Positions 12,149 to 24,383 of a stretch of DNA of 64,000 bases are shown here, piece by piece (within the stretch, counting starts at the first letter, position 1; each line of letters starts with the position of its first letter). Location: contig CM035358.1 in assembly GCA_020137815.1 (NCBI GenBank), forward strand, positions 6,386,001-6,450,000, in the 5' to 3' direction. The notes below the pieces were generated by a model. It was not told the origin of the DNA, searched no databases, and saw only the letters and a program-made list of their open reading frames with translations. The position numbers and the translations under genes were made by a program. The DNA is from Hormiphora californensis. Taxonomy: Eukaryota > Animalia > Ctenophora.

Positions 12149-12622
12149 TATATCAAAACATTTCCCTACTTTCGAGCCGGCTCCTGGTCGGACAGATGTT
12201 TCTAACGTTTTCTAATTTCAGCTGTTCACGTTTTGGCATCCTTGAGAAAAGTCTTGCTTTACTCCACCCTCTCTCACCGTTAGAACAAAACCTTGGACCT
12301 GATCATGAGGAGAATCCTGGACCTGGACCACGAGACAACAAGGTAAGAGGCACCGTTATAATACCCTGCAATATCCTCAATTTATTGTGATGAACAACTC
12401 TGCGTTATCGATGTGACAACTCGTGATGCCAACCTTCGACACTTCTGATATATTACACTTTCAATTAGTTACAATGTTTGGCAATTAGCTCTATTTGGTC
12501 TAACATTACCTTCGATCCTCAGACTGGCATAAACTCAAATTTGTTGGGAGGTTTGAAGGCATCCTGGACATTATGAAACGTAAGTGTGTATTAAACATTG
12601 TCTAACTCACTTCCCCCTGCAC

Positions 12623-12679
12623 CTGATGAGTCAGTAAAAGATATGACAGACCATGATTGTCTATAGAATTGATAGCTGA
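12623..12679 (+). ncRNA. C/D RNA candidate, possible U5 Um41 guide
   Basis: CTGATGA...AGTAAAAG-at-ATGA...CTGA; only an 8-nt match to U5 CTTTTACT. Confidence 0.5.
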
Positions 12680-12858
12680 TAGGACATGGATCACAGAACA
12701 CATTGATTAACCATTATACTCAAATCTAACAAACTTCAAATTCCAGGTGTTAACCCTTGCCCCAGACAATTTCCCTGGTCCAGTAGCATCCTGATAGCGC
12801 GGACCTTTTAAAACCACAAAGGTAAGATACGCCTCTTGTCACTCCCTCTTTTCTTTGT

Positions 12859-12915
12859 GTGATGACAATTAGACGGGCGGACTGAACTTCTTGTGTCGAT
12901 TCGTCAAATTTCTGA
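12859..12915 (+). ncRNA. SNORD43: C/D snoRNA, U43/snR70-like (18S Cm1703 equivalent); copy 13097-13153
   Basis: GTGATGA...GACGGGCGG-a-CTGA; complementary to 18S CCGCCCGTC, +5 rule gives C. Confidence 0.85.
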
Positions 12916-13325
12916 CAACTTTCTATTAGTTAACTATCTTCACTCCTACTTCCTGCAACGTATCTCCAATATTGTAATATTTCAGGTTGGAGCTTACTGA
13001 GATTAAACATGCTACTCGGGCTTGTTGGGAATAACATACATTGGAGCATAACCACAACCAGGTACATATTATTCCTGACCTTCCTTATTTCTTGATCTGA
13101 TGATATTATGACGGGCGGACTGAAATAATCATGTCGATTCGTCACATTACTGATCCCAATACCACAAGCTAGCATAATCACACATCTTTCAACATTGAAT
13201 TGACATTGCCATCCCCTCAGGTTAAAAAGAGATGGTTGGATAATACCCCGATATACAGAAACAAGTCGGCATTTTGGACTAAACGTACGTAAAGTATATT
13301 ATCTTGTCCCCACTATCTCTCTATA

Positions 13326-13385
13326 ATGATGTACACTTAACTACCACTAGCTGCAATTACCCTGTAGACTATATTTGCTGTCTGA
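13326..13385 (+). ncRNA. C/D snoRNA with U24-like LSU guide; copies 13786-13845, 16407-16466
   Basis: ATGATG...ACTACCAC...ATATTTGCTG-t-CTGA; both segments complementary to LSU GTGGTAGTAGCAAATAT. Confidence 0.72.
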
Positions 13386-14214
13386 TAGTTTAAAACAGGT
13401 TTATTGATTAGCCAGATCACATTCAGTAGTTGACAGTATTCTATTTCCAGGTTGCAATTTGGATGACTTTGGATCTGGGTGGACCTGTTGTCAGAAAGAT
13501 GTAAGTATTGATCGACTGTAGAACACCACACACTATACTAACATATGATGTTTATTAAACTTTCGTTCTACTGTAGCACCCTGGAGATACCTTGTTTTCT
13601 GATCTTTAACCATAAGTTGTCAATTTAGTTCGATCAACTTTAAAATTAATGTTCCCCCTCCTCTCGCAGATTGGTTGTGAACTGCGGTGTCGCTGAAGAA
13701 CACTGATCTGGTCAACTCACATTGCTGCAACCTCTCATACTGGTGAGTTCTCCCTCTCCGTCGCAAAGTTATTCCTGTCTCTATCATGATGTACACTTAA
13801 CTACCACTAGCTGCAATTACCCTGTAGACTATATTTGCTGTCTGACAAGATACTTGTTTACATGAAATATCTAGTAGTAGGGTTGCAGTTGAATTTAATG
13901 TTTTGACCTTCCTACAGGTTCACTAACGGTTGAGAGTGACAGTGCCTGGAGATTCCTGATGTGACGATCTTGGCTAACTTGTAAGTATTGACCGTAGAAC
14001 ACCACACACTATACTAACAAATATGATGTTTATTAAACTTTCGTTCTACTGTAGCACCCTGGAGATACCTTGTTTTCTGATCTTCTGACGTTATACCATC
14101 AATTCGATCCAATCCAATTTCATATTAATGTTCCCTCCTCTCACAGAATGGTTGTGATTCGCTACTTTCTCTGTGTGGATGAAGAATCCTGATCATGAAA
14201 AATATCCTCAACAT

Positions 14215-14369
14215 GTGAGTTCTCACTCCGTCGCAAAGTTATTCCGTGCACGTTTTGCCGCAGTTTGGACAGTTTGTCTTTCACTGCCTTTCATTTGTGC
14301 TACAGTAACAATGGAATAATTACCCTGATTATGTATTCTCATACCTAGGGCAGTCCTCCTTTGACATTT
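14215..14369 (+). ncRNA. Unidentified structured intronic RNA starting at the 5' splice site and ending ACA+3; copies 18685-18839, 19570-19727; 5' fragment 13743-13775
   Basis: Near-identical copies; nested stems CAAAG/CTTTG, TTATTCC/GGAATAA, GCACA/TGTGC, GCAGT/ACTGC, CCCT/AGGG. Confidence 0.65.
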
Positions 14370-14522
14370 ATTTCCTCGTCCTGTGAACCCCATACAATAA
14401 TTCTTTGTCATTCTCTAAGTTAACTATTTTACAGGTTTATAGAAGATCTCCTGGAGGTGCAAGTGAGGCCGTGCTACTTCTGCTGGGTATGTTATCCCCG
14501 GCGATTCTCTTAAATTAACCCC

Positions 14523-16395
14523 AGGTGTTGGATTTTAAAATCGATTTTTTGTAACTCATCTTACTAGATGCATTTTTTAACGCTGATTCCGAATCTGTCA
14601 AAATTTTTGATCTACGACCATGTCTTCAGGTGTAACCGTGCTTCTGAATGAACTTGACTGTGCGCTGCGTTCCACTGCTGACACTATGATACACTATCAC
14701 GTGATCATGTCACGTGCTCTCTCTCCCAACCCAATTAGTAGTGCTCGCGATCTCACACACGAGCGCGTCACTTGAGACCTGTGGAAACATCTCTCTCCAG
14801 TAGACTATAGGTGAGAGATGTTTTTCACTTTCTAAACTAAATTCAGGGATTAAGGAACGCATTAGTTTGAGGGGAATATGAGAGAATGAAAAACAGACGC
14901 ATCATGTTAACTAATATCATAGTATTAAGGCATGCACAAGAATTATTGTTTCAGCAAATGCGGGACTTTTCTACTACTAATAGACTGAGAGTTTAATAAA
15001 ATACACACAATATGATTTATCATGATGATAATATAAAACTTACATCGCTAACATATGCTCGAACAGGTCTGAATCGGGTGCTCGTAGGTGTGACTGGTGA
15101 ACTGGGTAGTTGATCAGGCTCTGAATTCGGTGGTTGAACAATCTTCTAGATTAGAATATAGGTTGTAAATACATAGACATTTTTTGCAAAACTAAAATTA
15201 TAACAAAATCCTCAAAATATGTCAAGACTGCTAGATGACAACACTGCAGAACTACCTGTTTCTTTCCAAAGCATGGGGAGGTAACCATAAACAAGTCTTC
15301 GACCAACTGCATCTCTAACTTATTTCTTGTACTGTGTTTACCGCTCGCTCTCTTGGTGTTGGTGATAAGTTTTGTCAAGGCCCTGAAGAGGAACAAGAAT
15401 GAAAAAAAATCAAGCAGTTTCATTTTTAGAGAAATATATCGATATACTACAAACTAAACGGCAGGTTGGCTGAAAGGCAACATACAACATACTTTGTTAA
15501 TAAAGTTCTAAGTACTGACCGCTTAATCGCCATTTCACTAGCTGTTGCTACGTTATTCCGAGTAAAAACTTCCCAAACAGATCGTGTTGTTAAGTTTATA
15601 GCATTATCATTCCCGACTGCTTTGGTGGAACCGGAGGCAAGCTGGTCTTCTTCCTTTATAGCAAGAAAATGGGCGAGGACGTTCCGAGAAGTTAAAGCAA
15701 TGTGGGGCTGGTCAATGTCGATTTTAACAGAGCCAATAAATTCGTTGAGGGATCCAAAAGTCATAGCGATAGCCAAGCGAATAATGATATCATGATACAA
15801 GTTGGAAAAAGGTAGTCTCTTTCTCAAAACACGTGATTTGTCACGTGTTTTAAGACAATCCCGGCTCAAAGCGGTCGGGATTGGGAACATCCTACTCGAT
15901 CTACTGATTGAGATTTACTAACTAGGTACTTCCTCTTTAAGGCCTCTTCCTGTTGCTCGGTCCGCACTTCAAGTCCAGGTCTTGTTTCAGGAAACACCAC
16001 TAAATTAGTATCCTGCTCTTACATTTGGAGCAATGGAGCCAGGGTTTTATCGCCGTTTTCTGAATATCTTTCAGAATTCCAATGTAATATTTCTCATCTC
16101 TCTCCCTCTCTCAGGGACCACCATTACATGTCTCTCTGCAGAGGGTGACGCGCTCATGTGTGAGATCGCGAGCGCAACTAATTGGGTTGGGGAGAGAGAG
16201 CACGTGACATGATCACGTGATAGTGTCTCATAGTGTCAGCAGTGGACGCAGCGCACAGTCAAGTTCATTCAGAAGCACGGTTACACCTGAAGACATGGTC
16301 GTAGATCAAAAATTTTGACAGATTCGGAATCAGCGTTAAAAAATGCATCTAGTAAGATGAGTTACAAAAAATTGATTTCAAAATCCAACACCCTA
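14523..16395 (-). mobile_element. Internally deleted hAT (hATm-like) element with ~290-bp TIRs and an N-terminal transposase remnant (~15000-15765, minus, spliced)
   Basis: Long TIRs ending ...CCAACACCCTA; imperfect TSD TAACCCC; peptide LTSRNVLAHF...VWEVF...IKRSVL...EDLFMV resembles hATm transposase N-termini; no DDE core. Confidence 0.7.
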
Positions 16396-16940
16396 TAACC
16401 CCTACTATGATGTACACTTAACTACCACTAGCTGCAATTACCCTGTAGACTATATTTGCTGTCTGATAGTTTGAAACAGGTTTATTGATTAGCAGGGTTT
16501 TTATTTGAAGCTCACCGTTTGACTCCCCTACAGGTTGACTAAAGATGCCAGTCCCTAATTTTGAGCGTCTAGGGATACCTGATGTGACGATCTTGGCTAA
16601 CTTGTAAGTATTGACCGACCGTAAAGATAAAACACTGTCAACAAATGATGTTTATTAAACTTTCGTTCTACTGTAGCACCCTGGAGATACCTTGTTTTCT
16701 GATCTTTAGCTTAACTAAGCAGATGCAGTATTAAGTTTTTTGTTTACTAATGGACATCTCATTTTCAGGTTGCTGTCTGGATAGATTGGAGATTGATGAA
16801 CGACCCCCCCCCCCCCCCTACTGACTAACCCCCTCCCTATTATGTTTATCTCACAAACTGCTCCCCTCCAACTAACCCAGTTACTTCTCCCTAACCCAGT
16901 TGCTTATCCTCTCACTAACCCAGTTACTTCTGTTATTAGC

Positions 16941-18288
16941 ATGTCCTACCACCACACACCCCACGATTACTACCACTACATAGACGACAGAGGCGGCGGT
17001 GGAGGAGGAGGAGGGGGTGGCAGAGGACCCTATCACCATGGGGAGGGAGCCCGTTACCCTGGTGATCCATCCTCCTTCCATCACCATGGTGCCGCACCCT
17101 TCCATCACCCATCAGCAGTCCAACACCCACAACAACACCACCAGCAGCAGGCTCACAGGAGTGACAGTAACAGATCACAGCACAGACAAGAGAGGAGAAG
17201 TGCACCCTATGCGAGGAGTGGTAGAGGTGGAAGGGGTGGAGGGAGGGGAGAGATAAGTGTGGAGGTGAAGACTGATGTGGAGAGACTGTTTAGGAAGAGT
17301 TATGAGTTCGGCGGAGTGTGGAGGTTACCCAATAGGAACACGTGGTTCACAGGAGAGCCTTTCACGGTAAGATGTTTGTGGGTTGCTGTGTTCGTGAGTT
17401 AATTTGTTTGTGAGTAGCAGTGTGAGCATGTGTTGGTGTGTTTGTGCCAGTTTGTTTGTCTGTATCGAGCCTGTTTATACTGCTTGTCTGGTTAACTTAC
17501 CCATTCGAGTGGGAAACGGCAGGCGATATAACATCCTTGTGTTGCTTGGGAATCTTCTTCATAGATTACCAGGTGGTAACATGCGGGGAACAATTGTTTG
17601 TGCGTTCGTTTGTCAGTGTGCGTGATTATGCGTTAGTTTGTCTGTGTGTGTGAGGGGTAACGCGTTGTGTCAGAGTGTGCGTGAGGGGTAACGCGTTAGT
17701 GTGTCAGTGCGTCACGTGGGGCGCGTCACGTGACAGTCTGTATGTTACAGGCCTGCTCGCTCAGGTGGGTGAGTTACAACGCTACAAGGAGATATTGAAC
17801 GCTACCAAGGATAAGCTGAACGATAAGGACAAGACGGTGTGGCACCAACATACACGGTAAGGATCTACAGCATTGCATTGATAGGAGTGGTACCCTGACC
17901 CTAAAGGCCAATATCAGCACCACTAATGGTACACCATATCTCCTAAACTACTGTGTTAGAGACAAGATATTATCTCTGTTGTCCACCCTAACACCCCCCC
18001 CCCCCCTTCTCTAGGTATACCAACCCCGCTGGCAACATCATGAGGACAGTACGGAGAGAGCTGAACGCTGAACTACTCACCCAAGCATGGGCTAAATTCT
18101 ATGAGATGGCATCTCGAATTGTCCCCGACTGCCCCTTTACCTCTGTCCATGTGTGTGAGGCCCCTGGAGGATTCATTTGTGCGCTGAATCATTATCTGAG
18201 GAGGAACAGTGTGGAGTGCAGTGAGGGGTGGCAGTGGTTTGGAATGACTCTCAATCCTTATTATGAGGGTAGGTGTCTTCTCTTTTCA

Positions 18289-18331
<43 letters not shown>

Positions 18332-20526
18332 GCTCTCCTTGTCGCATCTCTTACCAGCTAGGATCTACAAATTATCCGATACCTAGCTCATTATAAGGTG
18401 CCATATCAAGTTGTACATTGATTTTGCGGTGTGAACCCTTTATTTCACTCCGTTCAAAGCAGTGAACACATTTATAATTAGTCCCCTCATTAATTACTCA
18501 AATTAGTAATTCTTCTGGTCCTAATTATCCCAATTCCTTTCTAGGTAACACAAGTAAAGAAATGGTTGACGATGATCTATTCATTTCTAAAACCTACGGA
18601 CATTGGATATTTGGAGCTGATAACACTGGAAATGTAATGAAGAAAGAGAATATTGCCGACCTCAAGAAACGTGTCATGACTCAGGTGAGTTCTCACTCCG
18701 TCGCAAAGTTATTCCGTGCACATTTTGCCGCAGTTTGGACAGTTTGTCTTTCACTGCCTTTCATTTGTGCTACAGTAACAATGGAATAATTACCCTGATT
18801 ATGTGTTCTCATACCTAGGGCAGTCCTCCTTTGACATTTCCTTCTTCTCCATCCCAGTCTTCCACCTCGAAACACAGCACACGTCATCCACCAACAATGT
18901 GTAACCCAAGTTCTCCCCTCAGTGTACTCGGCCTGTAATGTTACTGACTGCTGACGGCAGTATCGACTGCCAAGATAAACCCAACGAACAGGAGAGAACT
19001 GTAGCACATCTTCACTTCTGTGAGGCGGTCACTGCGTTTACTATCCTTGATGTGGGTGGTAACTTTTTGTTGAAGGGATTCACTCTGTTTGAAGATGTCA
19101 CTGTCTGTCTGACATACTTGTTGTGCTGCCTCTTTGAGAAGGTAATTTAGTGGCTGGGTATTTAGGGGGAGCATGTCCTTTTTCGCAGTTTGACTACTAT
19201 TTTTGGGCTGTATTTTTTCGTCTCTTACTAAGCCTGTTTATACTGCTTGTCTGGTTAACTAACCCATTCGAGTGGGAAACGGCAGGCGATATTACATCCT
19301 TGTGTTGCTTGGGAATCTTCTTCATAGATTACCAGGTGGAAACATACGGGGAACAATTTTATTCATAGTTCATTTTGTGGATTCAAAGTGTACACATTTT
19401 CTAAATTATCTCATCTCTAGGTTTCCATCGTCAAGCCACTTACCAGCAAATCTGGAAACTCCGAAACCTACCTACTGTGTCGTGGTTTCAAGGGAATGAC
19501 CCCAGAGGAGTTGGTCTGTTTACAGAAGTACCACTCAACAACCCCGCCTACCAGGAGTCTCTTCAACCTGTGAGTTCTCACTCCGTCGCAAAGTTATTCC
19601 GTGCACACTTTGCCGCAGTTTGGACAGTTTGTCTTTCACTGCCTTTCATTTGTGCTACAGTAATTCCAATGGAATAATTACCCTGATTATGTGTTCTCAT
19701 ACCTAGGGCAGTCCTCCTTTGACATTCTTCAAACCCCCACCTATAGTTGTTGTACCCCCTCCCCCACCAACAACATTGTTGTACCCCCTCCCCCACCAAC
19801 AACATTGTTATACCCCCTCACGTGACGTATCGCCAACTTATCCTATCCCAGCTATCTCCCTTTTCCAGGTCGGATATCCCAGCGGATTTCCTGCAACAGT
19901 TCAAGGAGTGTTCCAAGCAGTTCATGTCCTACCAACGGAACATGATTGAAAGTAACCTGGAAACGTTCAGAAACCTACCTCAGGCGAAGAAAAAGGAACT
20001 GTTTCAGGTTGGTAGTGGTGTGTTTTATGAAGGAGTAATGAATAGTTTTATGAAGGAGTAACATATCATTCAGTGATTTTAACACAATCTCCACAGACGA
20101 AGGACTATGCAGTAGAGTATTACATGAACAACGTGGCAGTAAACCTGGGTCCAATTTCAAAAGAACACCGCCTCGTATCAGAAGTTTATCTAGACGGCAC
20201 TAAACTAAACACAACCGCCATATTGAACACTGATGGGAAGAAAGGATCGAACAGGCGACGGGTTAGTTATCTCTTTCTATCTCTCTCTCTCTCTCTCTCT
20301 CCCTCTCCCTCTCTTTCTCCCTCTCTTTCTCCCTGCCTGGTCCTACCACCTTGTCCGGTACTGGAATTTCACCCAGTTTCATTGCCACACCCACGTTCTG
20401 TGGGTGGTGTAGTGGGTGCCGGCGGTTGTTGTACCAGGCAACATCACATCTAGTTCCATAGTACTGTCCAGAACTGACATTGTCCGGACTGCCTCCGTTA
20501 ACTAGCACACACACCCTCTCTATCTT

Positions 20527-20567
<41 letters not shown>

Positions 20568-21813
20568 CACTCTCACACTTATTGCACTCCAAGCTTTAAT
20601 CACTAAGATCGAACGAAAATGACAGTTATGAGTTATCATTCACTAACCCCAATTCTCCCGCAGCAAGAAGAGAGTCACTCTGAAAAGATGGACAACAAAT
20701 CTAAAACCTGGTTTGAACGAGTAGTCGCCCCTGAACTCCCGCCCCCAACAGCATTGGACCAAGATCAGTCAGTCGGAGACAAACTCCTAGCTAAGATGGG
20801 CTACACACCGGGTCAGGGCCTAGGGAAGGATGGCTCAGGTATCAGTGAGGCTATCGAGGTAAAACAGTTAGAGGATGGAGCTGGGTTAGGGTACAGTAGT
20901 AACCCTGTAAACACTGCAGTTGTCAGTGCACCCGATCAGGTCACGTGGTTCTCACACTCCCCGTCTCATGTTACAGTACGGCCTGTGTACGGTCGTCCGG
21001 TTGCCATGGTTACCAACTCCAGGTTTGTTACTCCGGACACACTCGAACAAGCTCAACGAGGCTACCACACACAGTACGGTGATACGGAATCCTGACCTCG
21101 CATCTCTCGCTAAGAGTTTCCACCCTTATTACGCTGTTGCTAGTGTACCTGATTTGTATAGCCCGGTACAGGTGCAACTTGCTGAGTTAGACAGACTGAC
21201 TGCAGTGCTAACCGGAAGTCCAGATAGGACCTTCTGTCGGCACTCCACTGAGCACATCAAAGGACTTCACGAGCGGTGGGGTTTCACGGAGATGTTAGAG
21301 GATGTTGGTCGGTGTGGTCTGGTCCTTGTTCGATATGGGATGCCCCTTTGAGGGGTTGATGAAGTGTAACTGATAGGCTGATGGAGGGAGGTAACTGTGT
21401 GTTGTATTGTAACTCTGTTACAGACAGACTTAACTGTTGGGGTGATCTACCTCCTTACATGTCTCTTTACCAGCTCCTCACTTATCAAGACTCGATTCTG
21501 TTGTCCCCACACGCCCGATATATTTGTGGTTTGCAAGGGTAAATCATCCCCTCATTCCTCTCTCCTGGAATCCCTGGCAGCGGTCAGTAGCAGGCTGCAG
21601 AACAACGAACGGACACTTTTGGAAATTGTGCCAATCTCGCAGCTGTTTCAGAACAAATTCTACAAGTTTGTGTCTTGTGTGGCTGAGCGGGCTTGTGATG
21701 ATGCGGTTTATACAGTGGTTCAGCTGGAGAAAATGGCCGCCAGGGATAATTACCCGACCGGCAAGAGTAATGAATTTATCATGGAATGTATGACACTTTT
21801 GCAATCACTGTAA
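16941..21813 (+). CDS. CMTR2: Cap2 2'-O-methyltransferase (FTSJD1); exons 16941-17366, 17751-17856, 18015-18268, 18545-18684, 18923-19141, 19421-19569, 19869-20007, 20097-20261, 20664-21813 (frameshifts in the last exon)
   Basis: [78 protein letters not shown] match the CMTR2 K-D-K-E domain. Confidence 0.9.
17468..17595 (+). ncRNA. H/ACA snoRNA; copies 19231-19358 (CMTR2) and 23515-23642 (RPL10A)
   Basis: GCCTGTT/GGCAGGC hairpin, ANANNA H box, TCCTTGT/GCGGGGA hairpin, ACA+3. Confidence 0.75.
18344..18473 (+). ncRNA. H/ACA snoRNA guiding LSU AATG-UA-GGTAAG
   Basis: Hairpin with pocket CTTACC/CATT, H box ATATCA, second hairpin, ACATTT. Confidence 0.72.
20335..20512 (+). ncRNA. H/ACA snoRNA candidate
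   Basis: CCTGGT/ACCAGG hairpin, H box ACATCA, CTAGTT/AACTAG hairpin, ACA. Confidence 0.55.
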
Positions 21814-22061
21814 TGTGTGTGTGTGAGAGTGTGTGCGTGTGTGTGTGTGTGTACAGAATGTATATTTGTGTATTTCAGAGCATTTATCGATTTACCGATT
21901 ATATTCCCTTAAAACCCTTGTCAAACATCATCCCTACATCAACGCAACAGTGTTTTTCTCCCACCAACCCCCCCCCCTTTTTTTTAATCAATAATAACCA
22001 CCCTATCTCTCTCCTCATTGTCAACATATATATAACCACTCCCTCTCTCTCCCATAGCATC

Positions 22062-22739
22062 ATGTCTCTGAAGCTTGACCTGTGCAACTTCTCCGGCTAC
22101 AAGATCTACCCTTCGAGGGGAATCAGGTTGGCCCGTACCGATGGAAAGATCTACAACTTCGTCAGCAAGAAATGCAGGAACAGCTACTTGATGAAGAAGA
22201 ACCCCAGGAAAATCTCATGGACCGTCCTTTACAGGTTCGTAATGGTTGATTTTATGAAGGAGCATGTTTGAAAAGTTCTATGAAGGAGCACCGCTCCATA
22301 TATGGTAAATGCTCATATTCTTTTTCCCGCAGGAGGAAGATGAAGAAGGGTACTGAGGCTGATGTTGCCAAGAAGAGGACAAGGAAGGCTGTCAAGTTCC
22401 AGAGGAGCATTCAGGGAGCAACACTGGAACACATTCTTGCGAAACGGAACCAGAAACCCGAGGTACGTGGTTTGAGGACAGGGTTGCAAGCGGTTTGTGA
22501 ACCATTCAATTTGGGAAGTATTTGATTGATATCTCTCAACTTAACAACTCTCTCCTATTTAGGTGCGAAAAGCCCAGCGAGAACAGCTGATCCGATCCCA
22601 AAAGGAGAAATCGAAGGCCAAGAAGGAGGCCAAGGTCTCCAAGAAGAAGACCGACACTAAGGCCGTCCGAGCGGGACAGAAGAAAATTAACAAGGGGAAT
22701 ACGAAGAGCAAACCCGCCAGGAGCAATGTCATGATGTAG
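22062..22739 (+). CDS. RPL24: 60S ribosomal protein eL24; exons 22062-22234, 22333-22462, 22563-22739
   Basis: [16 protein letters not shown]...DGK...KC...[18 protein letters not shown]...[28 protein letters not shown]. Confidence 0.96.
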
Positions 22740-23070
22740 ATACGTGTGTGTTGCACCGATTTTTAGCTTATTTACCCGCGTCTCTATCTATCTCTCTCCT
22801 TGTCCAAGATCCTGGGCCAACTCAGCCGACACAATAATGAGTAGTTGGGAACCCCCCAACCGGCCTACCCAAGCCGTCCCCCCTCTCTCTTTCTCTCTCA
22901 CTGGGTAGTCTGCTGAGCAGGCCGGTTTGCCCACCACGAGCAAAGTCCGTACCCAACAAACCCCTTGAAGTAAGCACTGCTGAATATTTTCCATTCTCTC
23001 TCTCCCTCCCTTATATACCACCCCAATTGTACTAACTCGCCCTCCCCTTCCCTCTCTCTGTTAGTGAGCC

Positions 23071-23210
23071 ATGTCTAAGATTAACAAGGAATTCCTGTTG
23101 GAATCCATCAATGCCATCAAGACCGGATCTGAGGAGAAGAAGAGGTAATTGGAACACCTTTTATCCTATCTCTCTCTTTCTCTCACACTCTCTATCTCTC
23201 TCTCTCACAC

Positions 23211-23267
<57 letters not shown>

Positions 23268-24350
23268 AACCCTCCTTTCTCCCCCAGGAAGTTCCTCGAG
23301 ACTGTTGAGCTGCAGATCTCCCTGAAGAACTACGATCCCTCAAGGGACAAGCGTTTCTCCGGTACCGTCAAACTTCGACATGTCCCCAAGGTCAGTAGCT
23401 CCTTTTTTCTGTGTCAGTATGGCATCAATAGCTTCTTTTCTGGAGGGGGTATCTTCCTGTGACAACTTTTATCTCATAATCAACCGAATTGATACTGACC
23501 GTTTTTCTGTAAAGAGCCTGTTTATACTGCTTGTCTGGTTAACTTACCCATTCGAGTGGGAAACGGCAGGCGATATTGAATCCTTGTGTTGCTTGGGCAT
23601 CTTCTTCATAGATTACCAGGCGGAAACATGCGGGGAACAATTTTAACACTTTGAATATCTCACGCGTGATAGTCTGGTAACGCGTGATATTTTCAGTTGC
23701 GTTATCTAATCATTTCTCATTATTTATCAGGCCAACTACAAGGTCTGCATCATTGGAGACGAGCGACATCTTGACGAGGCCAAGACCCTTGGACTTGAGT
23801 GCAAGGTGAGAAGAACCCCAAATTAGTTCCGATCCTCAGTCTTAGTCCAAATCCACTTTCCAATCCCAATCTAGTAACTAGATTCTAGTTTCTACTCCTC
23901 AGTCTTAGTCCCAATCCCTTTTCTAATCCTCAGTTATTATCACAATCCATTTTCAAAACAAACATCATGCATTCAATGCCCAATTCAAACTCCAATCAAA
24001 GACCGTCTCGATCTGCTAGTTTCGGGTTTGGTAACACAAGGAGTGAAAACAATTTGGTTTACAAATATACCTGGCCCTGTTTTAGGGGCCTTATTTGTTA
24101 CCACTACACCCCATTCTTTCTCTTCTACATATTACAGGGGCAGTAGATATGCTATCTCTCTCTTCTTCTTTTTTCTCTCTCTCCATTCCCAACTAACACT
24201 CCGCCTTGTTTTATAGAGCGTTGAGGATCTGAAGAAGTTGCAGAAGAACAAGAAATTGGTGAAGAAGCTGGCTAAGAGTTATGATGCTTTCCTCGCCTCT
24301 GATGGACTCATCAAACAAATCCCCAGGATCCTCGGTCAGTTTAACTTTTA

Positions 24351-24383
<33 letters not shown>

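Larger units (their letters stand above)
7739..16800 (+). ncRNA. Non-coding multi-exon snoRNA host gene (GAS5/UHG-like architecture), ~20 short exons with typically one snoRNA per intron
   Basis: Regular alternation of GT(A/G)AG-type donors, a C/D or H/ACA element, pyrimidine-rich acceptors and short exons without a continuous ORF. Confidence 0.8.

Noticed and set aside
22840-22930. Resemblance to telomerase RNA CR4/5 or RNase P/MRP
   Set aside because: No CTAACCCTAA template, H/ACA end or CR-I/CR-V motifs nearby
24005-24115. AATATACC and ATTTGTTAC motifs reminiscent of SNORA53 in RPL10A intron 3
   Set aside because: Similarity limited to two short words; box structure unclear
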